From: Gammaproteobacteria bacterium
Lineage (GTDB): Bacteria; Pseudomonadota; Gammaproteobacteria; Ga0077536
Direction: 5' to 3'
Assembly: GCA_024234975.1 (NCBI GenBank)
Contig: JACKNH010000004.1
Location: 150,310-214,309 of the forward strand
DNA: 64,000 nt
Shown piece by piece: positions 1 to 9,601 of the stretch (its first letter is position 1; every line of letters begins with the position of its first letter). Position numbers and translations under genes: made by a program. The notes beneath the pieces were generated by a model, which worked only from the letters and a program-made list of their open reading frames with translations, ran no database searches and had not been told where the DNA came from.

Positions 1-2
1 AG

Positions 3-3000
3 GGCAGCGATCTGCTGAATTATCTCTTTGCTGACCCGACATCAAACTCCGATTCGGGTGTCCAACCCGAAGTCACCCGCGAAATCGTATTCATCGACGA
101 AACGGTGCCGGATTACCAGATACTGGTCGACCAGATTACGCACGGCAGTGCTGCAGGCACCGCGTTGGAAATTGTCACGATCGATTCAACCGGTGACGGC
201 ATTGCGCAGATCTCGGAGTTCCTGAGTGGCAAGGACGGCATTGATGCGGTTCATATCATCACCCACGGGCAGGCGGGTGAACTGAGCGTCGGTGGTTCGG
301 AATTGAACCTGGCCTCGCTGGATCAATATCGTGCCAGCCTGTCGCAATGGGCCGCTGCGCTGTCGGATACGGCGGACATCCTGCTGTACGGGTGCGACGT
401 CGCGGCTGATGCAGATGGGCGGGCGCTGGTGGAAGCAATTGCCGCCATTACCGGTGCAGATGTCGCGGCATCGGAAGATCGGACCGGCGCCACGACCGTC
501 GGCGCCGATTGGCAACTCGAATTCACGGCAGGCGCCGTGACAACGAGCGCACTTCGGGCCGCGGACGACGCCTGGGGGTACAGCCTGGCATCGGTCACGG
601 TGTCGACCACCAATGACATCGTTGACGGCAACACCGGCAGTATCGCGCTGCTGATCGGCTCGCCAGGCGCGGACGGCAAGATTTCACTGCGCGAGGCTGT
701 CATCGCTGCCAACCAGGATGCCGCGGCAGATACGATCAATCTGGCCAGCGCCACTTACACTTTGACGCGGGCCGGTGATGCCGAGCAATCCGCTTCGACG
801 GGTGACCTGGACATCGTGAACCCGTTGACCATAGTGGGTACAGGTGTCGACGGTTCGGTCATCAACGCCAGTGCGATGAATGATCGTGTCTTTGAAGTGC
901 TCGCCAGTGGTTCGCTGACACTGTCCGGGTTGACAGTCACAGGCGGCAATGGCGACTCCTATTCAGGGGGGGCGGTTCGCAATGCGGGCGTGCTCTCTGC
1001 AACCGACGTGGTGTTCGCCGCAAATCAGATCGGCAACGCAGACGGCGGGACCATCGATTCCAGCGGAACAACGACGCTGACGCGGGTCTCCATCATCGAC
1101 AGCGTGGCGAATCGTGGCGGCGCCCTGAACATCACGGGCGGCACGACCACGGTTCAAAATGCCACGTTCAGCAACAACACCTCGGCTTTCGATGGCGGCG
1201 CTATCCGGATCCAGGCCGGAACGCTGAACATCTCGTTCTCCACCGTCGCCGGCAATACGGCCACCGGCGGTTGGGGCGGCGCGCTCGAAATCGCCGGTGG
1301 TACGGTGAATACCAAGGCGACAATCTACGCCGACAATACCTCACTGTATGGCGGTGATATTCGTGGCACGCTGGCCAGCCAGGGATTGAACATCATTGAG
1401 AACAGTGCCGGTATCACCGGCGGAACGGCCGTTAATGACTTCCTCGGATCCGATCCATCGCTGGGCACACTCACGCATTCCGCTACCGGGCAGTACGTAC
1501 ATCCGATTGACGCCAGCAGCATCGCTGCGGATGCAGGCGTACCGTTGCCTCCGAGTACCGATCAACGCAATGTCACGCGCGACGGCTCAGCCGATATCGG
1601 CGCCTACGAATATTCCCATGCGGTTGCGCCTTCGTCGCTTTCCGTTGTTCAGAACAGTGATGGGGGACTCAGCCTCAATGAGAACGGCGGTAACAGCGCC
1701 TACCTGAAATCTGTCGACCCGGCGGTGATGTTCAGCGGCCTGACGGCGACCACGGTGGAAGTCGACTTCTCGATCTCCACGCCGGCGTCTTCCGCCACTG
1801 TTCTGTTATCGCTCGCCTCTGCGACCGATCCGGATGAACTGGCCCTCGGCATCCTCGCCGATGGCCACATTGCCATGCAGCTCGGGTCCGGATACCAGCA
1901 ATCCGCTTCGACCTATAACGAATTGTTCGACGGCCAACGTCATCGTCTGTCGGTAAGCTGGGTGAACAGTAGCGGCACTGTCCGCTTCTATGTGGATGGT
2001 GTGCTGAAGGAAACCATCGCGGGTTATCGCACCGGTGTCACCCTCGACGGCGCGGGCTCTATCCTGACCATCGGACAGGACCAGGACACGCTGGGCGGAG
2101 GCTTCGATCCTGCCCAGACATTCAAAGGCGTTGTCTACGACGTACGTGTGTTCAACGATGTCCGAACCGATCAGGAAGTGTTTTCATACAACGGCGTTGA
2201 TTTGCCGCACGACGCTGCCGGGCTGATTGGCTACTGGAAATTCGACAACCTGACGGCGGACGGCGAAGTCGCTGATCTCGTCGCCGGATTCAAGCTTCAG
2301 CTTGCACAAATCTCATCCAGTGCGTTTACCGCAGATGACGGATCGCTCGTCCTGAGTGTTGATGAACATTCCGCCATCGGTACTGTTGTTGGCACGGTTG
2401 CCGCCAGCGATGCGGAACGCGAGGGCTTGATCGCCATCCTGCTGGGAGCAGATCCCGATCTGACCTACAGCAGCATCACCGGCAAGTTCTACAAGCTGGT
2501 AAACACCTCGACCAGCTGGACCGGCGCCACTACCGCCGCGCAAAGTCATACCTTGAACGGCATCAGTGGTGAACTGGTATCCATCCATTCGGCGGTCGAA
2601 AACGAGATCATCCACGATTACGCCGATGCCGTCGGAAATGCGGTCTGGCTGGCCGGCTCTGACGTGCTCGCCGAGGGCCAGTGGCGCTGGTATTCCGCCG
2701 GTGTTGCCGGGGACACCTTCTGGTCCGGAACCGGCAGCGGGTATGCGCCGGACCATGTCTATCAGAATTGGTACACGAACGAACCCAATAACGATACCGG
2801 GATTGATGTCGCTGGCGAAAACTATCTCTACATGTCGTCGGATGGCACGTGGAACGATGTCTTTGCCGGCGCCGGCTGGCCCGTCTATGTCGTGCAGTGG
2901 GACGCTGACGAAGTCCTCGACGCCACGCAATCCCTGATCTATGCGATTACGGCGCAGACCAGCGCCGGTGCGTTTTCAATCGATGCGGACAGCGGTGTCA

Positions 3001-5279
3001 TCCAGGTCGCCGACGGATCACTGCTGGATTTCGACAGCGACGCGACGCACACGCTGACGGTTCAGGTCACCGACGCCGACGGCAATCAATTCAGCGATGC
3101 CTTCACCATCGCGTTGAACGACACGATGGCGGTGCAGTTTTCAGCTTATCCGATTGCCACCCAGAATCTCATCGAAGATGGCTCACTGACTTTCAGCAAT
3201 GGCAACGGAAATGCCGTCACGGTGTCCGATTCAACGGCGACGAATGCGACCCTGCAATTGGAATTGGCTGTAGCAAATGGTCGCATCAATCTGGCCACGC
3301 TGGCCGGGCTCGCCGTCGTGGCAGGCGCCGATGGCACATCATCGGTGGTCGTCAGCGGCAGCGAGTCCGCACTCAACGCCGCACTGGAAGGCATGGTCTA
3401 CACACCAACTGCTGACTTTGCCGGCACCGACTCGCTGGCGGTGAAGGTGGCGCTGGTGACCGACCTGCTGGCGCACTACGAATTCGAATCGGCTGGTGCA
3501 AACGACAGCAGCGTCGGTGGCCTGTATGACGGAGTCATCACCGGCGACGCCGCAGTGACGACGGATGCCGAACGCGGTTCGGTGCTTACGCTCGACGGTA
3601 CCGGCGATGGGGTCACCGTCACTGGCAGGTATGGTGATCCAACGACCGTGACGTTGGCAGCATGGGTCAATCTCACCAGTGCCGACACCTATGGCTCGCA
3701 TGTCATTTCGATTGGAAACGCGGTCGTGCTGGCACTGGACAGACCCAATGCCGGTGAGGGCGTCCATGGTTCGTTCTACAACGGCACCTCGTACAAATCC
3801 ACTACCAGCGGTCGCTTCATCGCCACCGACGGCTGGCATCACGTGGCTTACGTCATTGACGACGCCAACGATTTGCAGCAGCTGTACATCGATGGCGAAC
3901 TGGTCAGTGAAACGGCCTACACCGCAAGCGTTTCGTATGCCACGGCCACGACCGATTCGGCGATCGGCACCGATCCGGGCGGCAGCAGCGACTATGACTT
4001 CGCTGGCGATATGGATGATGTCCGGATATATACCAGGGCGCTGACAGCAGACGAAGTTCACGCGCTGGCGATGGACGTCGCGGCCGCCGAAGTGGCCATC
4101 AGTCTTGATGTCAGTGCCGTCAACGACGCGCCGGTCGCCGATCATGGTGGTGCCTACGCGATCAATGAAGGCGAAGCACTCTTCCTTGACGCCAGCGGTT
4201 CGTCGGATGCCGAAGGGGATACGCTGACCTACCGCTGGGACCTGGACAATGACGGTCAGTACGATGACCTCGTCACGACGGCCGCCTCGAACAGTGTTTC
4301 ATGGGCAACATTGAGCGGGCTGGGGGTGGATGATGACGGCGTCTACACCATTGGCCTTCAGGTGACCGACGGCAATGGCGGGGTGACCAGCACGTCGACG
4401 AGCTTGACCATTTCGAATGTCGCGCCAGTGTTGACGGCCACCGGTAGCGCGACAACCCCCGGTGGCGCGGTATACACGCTGACCCTTTCCGACATCGACC
4501 CCGGAAACGACACCATCAGCAGTTGGATCGTCAATTGGGGTGACGGCGCGGTAGACACGTACGCTGGCGACCCCTCGTCGGTGACGCACACCTATGCCAA
4601 TGTGCTTGCCGGCCGCACGCTGGATATCACAGTCAGCGCGACGGATGAGGATGGCCAGTATTTCGAGGCCGTCATGCTGGTACCTGCCTATGGTGGTGAC
4701 TACGTCAATCAGTATGGCGGGTATGACGGCACGCTCGCAGGGAGTTTTGCACCGTCCACGGACGGCATTGCCGGGCACGCCAACATCGTTGTGATGCCTA
4801 CCGGCAATTACCTGGTCAGTGGTGTGGATTCCGGCAATATCGTTGAATACCAGCCGAACGGTGCGCTGGTGGGTGATTTCGTCGCTGCCGTTGATACGCA
4901 TCTGGCCAATCCCGGCGGACTGGCCTATGGACCGGACGGCAACCTTTACGTCGCGGACTACGGGGCCGGCAAAGTCGTCCGCTTCGATGGCACGACTGGC
5001 GCCTTCATCGACGACTTCGTCGCTTCGGGCCTGAGCAATCCGCTGGGACTGGAGTTCGGGCCGGACGGCAAGCTGTACGTGGCCAACCGTGGCAGTGCAG
5101 GCGTGCTGCGCTACGATGCGGGCAGCGGTGCGCTGGATGCCGGTTTTGTCGTCGGCAGTATCAGCAATGCCGAAGACCTGACATTCGGCCCCGATGGAAA
5201 TATTTACGGGCGGTACCGGCGGCGTGATTCGCGTCAATGCGACGACCGGCGCGACCGCGACGTTCATCGCCAACGGTAG
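3..5279 (+). CDS. Giant adhesin fragment 1: DUF4347-like module, parallel beta-helix repeats, LamG, C-type lectin, cadherin-like, LamG, two PKD-like, NHL repeats
   Basis: Beta-helix entry motif ISLREAVIAANQDAAADTINLA, followed by repeated GGA[VLI]xN/I...N[TQ] turns (GGAVRNAG, GGALNITGG, GGAIRIQAG, GGALEIAGG). LamG-like WHHVAYVIDD...LYIDGELV...DMDDVRIYTRALTADEV. PKD-like TLTYRWDLDNDGQYDD...YTIGLQVTDGNGG. NHL-like GPDGNLYVADYGAGKVVRFDGTTGA and GPDGKLYVANRGSAGVLRYDAGSGA. Confidence 0.8.
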   Translation, partial: GSDLLNYLFADPTSNSDSGVQPEVTREIVFIDETVPDYQILVDQITHGSAAGTALEIVTIDSTGDGIAQISEFLSGKDGIDAVHIITHGQAGELSVGGSELNLASLDQYRASLSQWAAALSDTADILLYGCDVAADADGRALVEAIAAITGADVAASEDRTGATTVGADWQLEFTAGAVTTSALRAADDAWGYSLASVTVSTTNDIVDGNTGSIALLIGSPGADGKISLREAVIAANQDAAADTINLASATYTLTRAGDAEQSASTGDLDIVNPLTIVGTGVDGSVINASAMNDRVFEVLASGSLTLSGLTVTGGNGDSYSGGAVRNAGVLSATDVVFAANQIGNADGGTIDSSGTTTLTRVSIIDSVANRGGALNITGGTTTVQNATFSNNTSAFDGGAIRIQAGTLNISFSTVAGNTATGGWGGALEIAGGTVNTKATIYADNTSLYGGDIRGTLASQGLNIIENSAGITGGTAVNDFLGSDPSLGTLTHSATGQYVHPIDASSIAADAGVPLPPSTDQRNVTRDGSADIGAYEYSHAVAPSSLSVVQNSDGGLSLNENGGNSAYLKSVDPAVMFSGLTATTVEVDFSISTPASSATVLLSLASATDPDELALGILADGHIAMQLGSGYQQSASTYNELFDGQRHRLSVSWVNSSGTVRFYVDGVLKETIAGYRTGVTLDGAGSILTIGQDQDTLGGGFDPAQTFKGVVYDVRVFNDVRTDQEVFSYNGVDLPHDAAGLIGYWKFDNLTADGEVADLVAGFKLQLAQISSSAFTADDGSLVLSVDEHSAIGTVVGTVAASDAEREGLIAILLGADPDLTYSSITGKFYKLVNTSTSWTGATTAAQSHTLNGISGELVSIHSAVENEIIHDYADAVGNAVWLAGSDVLAEGQWRWYSAGVAGDTFWSGTGSGYAPDHVYQNWYTNEPNNDTGIDVAGENYLYMSSDGTWNDVFAGAGWPVYVVQWDADEVLDATQSLIYAITAQTSAGAFSIDADSGVIQVADGSLLDFDSDATHTLTVQVTDADGNQFSDAFTIALNDTMAVQFSAYPIATQNLIEDGSLTFSNGNGNAVTVSDSTATNATLQLELAVANGRINLATLAGLAVVAGADGTSSVVVSGSESALNAALEGMVYTPTADFAGTDSLAVKVALVTDLLAHYEFESAGANDSSVGGLYDGVITGDAAVTTDAERGSVLTLDGTGDGVTVTGRYGDPTTVTLAAWVNLTSADTYGSHVISIGNAVVLALDRPNAGEGVHGSFYNGTSYKSTTSGRFIATDGWHHVAYVIDDANDLQQLYIDGELVSETAYTASVSYATATTDSAIGTDPGGSSDYDFAGDMDDVRIYTRALTADEVHALAMDVAAAEVAISLDVSAVNDAPVADHGGAYAINEGEALFLDASGSSDAEGDTLTYRWDLDNDGQYDDLVTTAASNSVSWATLSGLGVDDDGVYTIGLQVTDGNGGVTSTSTSLTISNVAPVLTATGSATTPGGAVYTLTLSDIDPGNDTISSWIVNWGDGAVDTYAGDPSSVTHTYANVLAGRTLDITVSATDEDGQYFEAVMLVPAYGGDYVNQYGGYDGTLAGSFAPSTDGIAGHANIVVMPTGNYLVSGVDSGNIVEYQPNGALVGDFVAAVDTHLANPGGLAYGPDGNLYVADYGAGKVVRFDGTTGAFIDDFVASGLSNPLGLEFGPDGKLYVANRGSAGVLRYDAGSGALDAGFVVGSISNAEDLTFGPDGNIYGRYRRRDSRQCDDRRDRDVHRQR
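81..533 (+). other. DUF4347-like N-terminal module of the giant protein
   Basis: The pattern EIVFIDETVPDYQILVDQI...EIVTIDSTGDGIAQISEFL...IDAVHIITHGQAGELSVGG...ADILLYGCDVAADADGRALVEAIAAITGADVAASEDRTG matches my recollection of the DUF4347 family signature. His codon at 264-266, Cys codon at 393-395. Confidence 0.6.
2487..2903 (+). other. C-type lectin-like domain inside the giant protein
   Basis: FYKLVNTSTSWTGATTAAQSHTLNGISGELVSIHSAVENEII...WLAGSD...WRW...NWYTNEPNNDTGIDVAGENYLYMSSDGTWNDVF. EPN is at nt 2781-2789 and WND at 2850-2858. Confidence 0.7.
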
Positions 5280-7155
5280 CGGTGGCCTGGGGCTGGCCGC
5301 CGGTGTCGATTTCGGTCCGGATGGCCATCTCTACGTGGCCGATCAGACAAACAACGTCGTTCGCCGCTACGATGGCGCCAGTGGCGCCTACATCGACGAT
5401 TACGCCGTCGGGGTTGCCGGTCCTGCCTATACGGACTTCACGCCTGACCAACGCGTTGCCGTCACCTATGCCAATCAAAGCCCCACGATCGCCACGAATA
5501 CCGGCGCGACAGTTGACGAAGGTTCAACGGCCAACATCATCACGACGGCGATGCTGGATGAGGGCGATCCAGACGATGATGGCGCGGGTCTGACCTATAC
5601 GATTACGGCAAACGTCACGCATGGAACGCTGAAACTCAGTGGTGCCGCCATCGGGCTCAACGATACGTTCTCGCAGGATGATATCGACAACAACCGACTG
5701 ACCTACGACCACGATGGCAGCGAGACCACCAGTGACAGCTTTGGCTTCTCACTGGCCGATGGCGGTGAAAATGGCTCGACGCCGGCGACAGGTACCTTCA
5801 CGCTCACGGTGACACCGGTCAACGACGCCCCGACAATAACTTCATCGGGCACCGTCAATGCCGCTGAAAACCAGACCGTGGTGGGCACCGTCACGGCCAC
5901 CGATGCCGATGGTGACACGCCGACCTTCAGCCTGACCGGTGGTGCGGATCAGGGACTGTTCGCGATCGATACGAACACCGGTGCGCTGAGCTTCGTCGTG
6001 GCGCCCGACTTCGAAGTCCGGACTGACGCAAACACCGACGGCGTCTATGTAGTTCAGGTGACCGCTGCCGACGGCAATGGCGGATCCACCAACCAGCTCG
6101 TCAACGTGACCGTGACGGACACCAATGACGCCCCGGTCCTTGTCCCGTATGCACCGACCTACAACACAACCGAAGGCGCCGGAGCCTTTGCCGCGACGGT
6201 GGCCATGTTGTTGCAGTCCAGTGTATCGGATGCGGATACGGGAGCGGTGGAAGGTATCGCCATCTTCGGCATCAATTCCGCGGTAGGAACCTTCGAGTAC
6301 ACAACGGATGGTTCCACCTGGATATCTGTCGGAACAGTCTCATCCAACAGTGCATTGCTATTACGTGCCACGGATTCGCTGCGGTTCACGCCGACCGGTG
6401 ATGTCGGCGGCCAGATGACGATCAATTACCGCGCATGGGATCAGAGCAGCGGTACGGCGGGTTCCAAGGTTGACGCATCGACGACAGGCGGAACGTCAGC
6501 CTTCAGTACAGCTTCGGATGTGGTCACGGTCAATGTCACCGGAATCAACGATGCGCCCGCCGGCACCGACAAATCGATCAACATCAACGAAAACGCGATC
6601 TATACCTTCACCACCGCCGACTTCGGGTTCACTGATGTCGACGGCAACAACCTGGATAGCGTCTGGTTCATGTCAGTGCCGGCCAATGGTGCGCTGAAGT
6701 TCAATGGCGCAACCTTTGCGGCCAACAACTACGTGGTGGCGAGTGACATCGTCGACGGGCTGCTGACTTTCCAGCCAGCGACCAATGCCACCGGAACGCC
6801 CTATACCAGCTTCACGTTCCAGGTCCAGGATGATGGTGGCACGGCCAACGGCGGACTGAACCGCGACGCCACCAGCAACACGATCACAATCAACGTCGCC
6901 AACATCAACAATGCCCCGGTCATCGACAGCGGCGGTCTTTCATTACCGGCAGTGATTCTGCCTGGCGATTCGCCTTCCGGGAAACTTGTTGGCGACGTGT
7001 TGACCGACGTGAACTGGTCCGACGCCGACGTCGGCGCCTTGAAAGGCATCGCCATCGTGGCGAAGTCCGGCGCCGGCACCTGGCAATATTCGACCTCGGT
7101 GGCAGTACCTGGGCCAATATCAGCGGTGTGTCGGCGACCACGGCGTTGTTGTTGA
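5194..7155 (+). CDS. Giant adhesin fragment 2: remaining NHL repeats, then cadherin/Ig-like modules joined by [VTI]NDAP linkers
   Basis: GGTGGVIRVNATTGA and FGPDGHLYVADQTNNVVRRYDGASGA continue the NHL series from fragment 1 in a different frame. These are followed by LTVTPVNDAPTITSSG..., VTVTDTNDAPVLVP..., VNVTGINDAPAGTD... and INVANINNAPVIDSGG. Confidence 0.8.
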   Translation: MEIFTGGTGGVIRVNATTGATATFIANGSGGLGLAAGVDFGPDGHLYVADQTNNVVRRYDGASGAYIDDYAVGVAGPAYTDFTPDQRVAVTYANQSPTIATNTGATVDEGSTANIITTAMLDEGDPDDDGAGLTYTITANVTHGTLKLSGAAIGLNDTFSQDDIDNNRLTYDHDGSETTSDSFGFSLADGGENGSTPATGTFTLTVTPVNDAPTITSSGTVNAAENQTVVGTVTATDADGDTPTFSLTGGADQGLFAIDTNTGALSFVVAPDFEVRTDANTDGVYVVQVTAADGNGGSTNQLVNVTVTDTNDAPVLVPYAPTYNTTEGAGAFAATVAMLLQSSVSDADTGAVEGIAIFGINSAVGTFEYTTDGSTWISVGTVSSNSALLLRATDSLRFTPTGDVGGQMTINYRAWDQSSGTAGSKVDASTTGGTSAFSTASDVVTVNVTGINDAPAGTDKSININENAIYTFTTADFGFTDVDGNNLDSVWFMSVPANGALKFNGATFAANNYVVASDIVDGLLTFQPATNATGTPYTSFTFQVQDDGGTANGGLNRDATSNTITINVANINNAPVIDSGGLSLPAVILPGDSPSGKLVGDVLTDVNWSDADVGALKGIAIVAKSGAGTWQYSTSVAVPGPISAVCRRPRRCC

Positions 7156-8057
7156 ATGACACCACGTTGGTTCGCTACCTGCCGTCGACTGCTGGCGAGG
7201 AAGCCGTCCTGACCTTCCGTGCGTGGGACAGGACATCGGGGCCTTCATCGACCGAAGCGACACCCAGCTATCGTAATCCCGGCACTGGTGGCGGCACCTC
7301 CGCCTTCAGTGCGGAAATCGGCACCGTGGTGCAGTACGTGTCGTCGGTGAATACCCTGGGCATTACCACTGTCGGCAACGTCGCGTTGCCCAGCGGAACT
7401 TCCGGTCTGACAGGATGGACTGCCGGCACGGTTGTCGAAATTGCCGATCCGAATTTCGCCGTCGAACCCGGTACATCCTCCGGCACGTTTGCGGCCGTCG
7501 TTGATTTTTCGACAATGGCCGCCGACAGCTATGCCGGCATCAGCGATCTGCACTACGTCAGTCGCGACACCGTGGTGGGTACAACGGTGCCGTACCAGTT
7601 GCTGAAGGGTGACCTGCTGGTGTCGTTCCATGTCGCTGAAACGCTCACCAGTGTGAACACACTGAATGCGACCAGCGGAAGCATTGTGGTGTTCCGTCCG
7701 ACCGTATTGGGTGATTACAGCGCTGGCACGTGGACCACTCTGCTGGAGAATCCACTCGGTGGGCAGATCGGCGGTTTCACGCTGATCGAAAAGACCACGA
7801 CGATTGGTCAGGACCCAGGTCGCAGCCGGCAACTTCCTGATGGCAGAAACTCATTCCGGATCTTGCAGTATGTCGCGGTCTCGGGCACCGGAGATAGGTT
7901 CCACTGCGCTGACGCAGACATTGCTCGTCGAGGTCTCGATATCGATCTCGGACACGTAACTGTCGGCTATTCCGGGACTGAAGCTGGTCGATTCCCCTGT
8001 AACCATCGCGAACCGGACCATCGGCACGGGCTCGATACTGTTCGCTTTGAGCAGTGA
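7128..8057 (+). CDS. Giant adhesin fragment 3; its last ~80 codons look out of frame
   Basis: SATTALLLNDTTLVRYLPSTAGEEAVLTFRAWDRTSG parallels the earlier SNSALLLRATDSLRFTPTGDVGGQMTINYRAWDQSSG. After ~7810 the translation turns Arg/His-rich nonsense, while frame 1 gives plausible protein (TQVAAGNFLMAETHS...). Confidence 0.6.
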   Translation: MSATTALLLNDTTLVRYLPSTAGEEAVLTFRAWDRTSGPSSTEATPSYRNPGTGGGTSAFSAEIGTVVQYVSSVNTLGITTVGNVALPSGTSGLTGWTAGTVVEIADPNFAVEPGTSSGTFAAVVDFSTMAADSYAGISDLHYVSRDTVVGTTVPYQLLKGDLLVSFHVAETLTSVNTLNATSGSIVVFRPTVLGDYSAGTWTTLLENPLGGQIGGFTLIEKTTTIGQDPGRSRQLPDGRNSFRILQYVAVSGTGDRFHCADADIARRGLDIDLGHVTVGYSGTEAGRFPCNHREPDHRHGLDTVRFEQ

Positions 8058-9402
8058 TGACCTTGCCGTCGGCAGCAGCGCGCAGATATCGATGACGAAG
8101 TACGACGTCGCTGTTCTCACCGTCACCAGCACTGAACTCGACCCGGGAGCGGTATCCCAGGCGACAGCGACATTGTTGCTGGAAGGTGCGGACGTCGGAT
8201 TGGAGACGACCAGTGGTGGCCAGGGCGCGACCGCCGAAGCCGTCGGTGGTCTGACACTGTTCTACAGTGACGTTGCAACCGCGTACGTACCTATCGCCTC
8301 TGATGACACCGGCACCGTTGACGAAGCCGGGTCAGTATTGATCGACCTCGCTGCGAATGACTGGGATGGTGACGATGGTTTGAATCTGGCGTCCATCCAG
8401 GTGATCTCCGCGCCAGCCAATGGCAACGTTGTCGTCAATGCAAACGGCACGGTGACGTACACCCATAACGGTTCTGAAACGACCGCAGATTCCTTCACCT
8501 ACCGGATCGATGACGCAGGCGGTACACACAGTAACGTCGCCACCGTAACCCTCACAGTTACGCCGACCAACGATCCGCCGACCGGCGTGCCGGTCGTCAC
8601 CGGTACGACGACCGAAGATCAGACGTTGACGGCGGACACCAGCGGCATCGCCGATGCCGATGGCCTCGGCAGCTTCAGCTACCAGTGGTACCTCGACGGC
8701 GGTGCGATCGGCGGCGCCACGGCGAGCACATTCGTCCTCGGCGATACCGATGTCGGCAAGACGATCACCGTGCAGGTCAGCTATCAGGACGGGCAGGGCT
8801 TCAACGAATCCCTGACCAGTGTCGGTGTTGGTCCGATTGCCGCCGTTAACGACACGCCGACAGGCTTACCGGTCATCACCGGTACGGCCACCGAAGATCA
8901 AACGCTGACCGCGGATACCAGCGGCATCGCCGATGTCGATGGTCTCGGCGCGTTCAGCTACCAGTGGTACCGCGATGGCGGGGCGATCGGCGGCGCCACG
9001 GCCAGTACTTTCGTCCTCGGCGATACCGATGTCGGCAAGACGATCACCGTGCAGGTCAGCTATCAGGACGGGCAGGGCTTCAACGAATCCCTGACCAGCG
9101 TCGGTGTTGGTCCGATTGCCGCGGTCAACGATACACCGACCGGCTTACCGGTCATCACCGGTACGACGACAGAAGACCAGACGCCGACCGCGGATACCAG
9201 CGGCATCGCCGATGCGGGGGTACCAGCACCTGGTTACCAGTGGTATCGCGATGGCGGCGCGATCGGCGGCGCCACGGCGAGCACTTTCGTCCTGCGCGTA
9301 CGATGTCGCAACGACGATCAACTGCAGGTCAGCTATCAGGACGGCAGGGCTTCAACGAATCGCCGACCAGTGCGTCGGTGTTGGTCCGATTGCTGCCGTT
9401 AA
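8047..9402 (+). CDS. Giant adhesin fragment 4: pre-repeat module plus repeat units 1-3
   Basis: This frame is open back to 7960 and is preceded by an in-frame TAA at 7957-7959 (ISISDT*LSAIPGLKLVDSPVTIANRTIGTGSILFALSSDD). It contains NDPPTGVPVVTGTTTEDQTLTADTSGIADADGLGSFSYQWY... repeats. Confidence 0.7.
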   Translation: MSSDDLAVGSSAQISMTKYDVAVLTVTSTELDPGAVSQATATLLLEGADVGLETTSGGQGATAEAVGGLTLFYSDVATAYVPIASDDTGTVDEAGSVLIDLAANDWDGDDGLNLASIQVISAPANGNVVVNANGTVTYTHNGSETTADSFTYRIDDAGGTHSNVATVTLTVTPTNDPPTGVPVVTGTTTEDQTLTADTSGIADADGLGSFSYQWYLDGGAIGGATASTFVLGDTDVGKTITVQVSYQDGQGFNESLTSVGVGPIAAVNDTPTGLPVITGTATEDQTLTADTSGIADVDGLGAFSYQWYRDGGAIGGATASTFVLGDTDVGKTITVQVSYQDGQGFNESLTSVGVGPIAAVNDTPTGLPVITGTTTEDQTPTADTSGIADAGVPAPGYQWYRDGGAIGGATASTFVLRVRCRNDDQLQVSYQDGRASTNRRPVRRCWSDCCR

Positions 9403-9601
9403 CGACACGCCGACAGGCTGACGCGTCATCACCGGTACGGCCACCGAAGATCAAACGCTGACCGCGGATACCAGCGGCATCGCCGATGTCGATGGCCTGG
9501 GCACCTTCAGCTACCAGTGGTACCGCGACGGCGGGGCGATCGGCGGCGCCACGGCGAGCACATTCGTCCTTGGCGATGTCGATGTCGGCAAGACGATTAC
9601 C

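Noticed and set aside
4299-5273. Long antisense ORFs opposite well-supported genes: 4299-5273(-), 20023-21036(+), 26898-27938(+), 28778-29821(+), 33607-34551(+), 40017-41234(+), 42064-43347(+), 51450-52634(+) and 55971-57338(+).
   Set aside because: Their translations are Arg/Gly/Ala/His-rich with no recognisable motifs. Each lies fully inside a gene with strong family signatures on the other strand. Such shadow ORFs are expected in high-GC DNA.
7957-7959. The in-frame TAA as programmed readthrough or recoding.
   Set aside because: It sits in a 150-nt patch that also has several frame shifts. No recoding signal is apparent. A local sequence error or decay is the simpler explanation.
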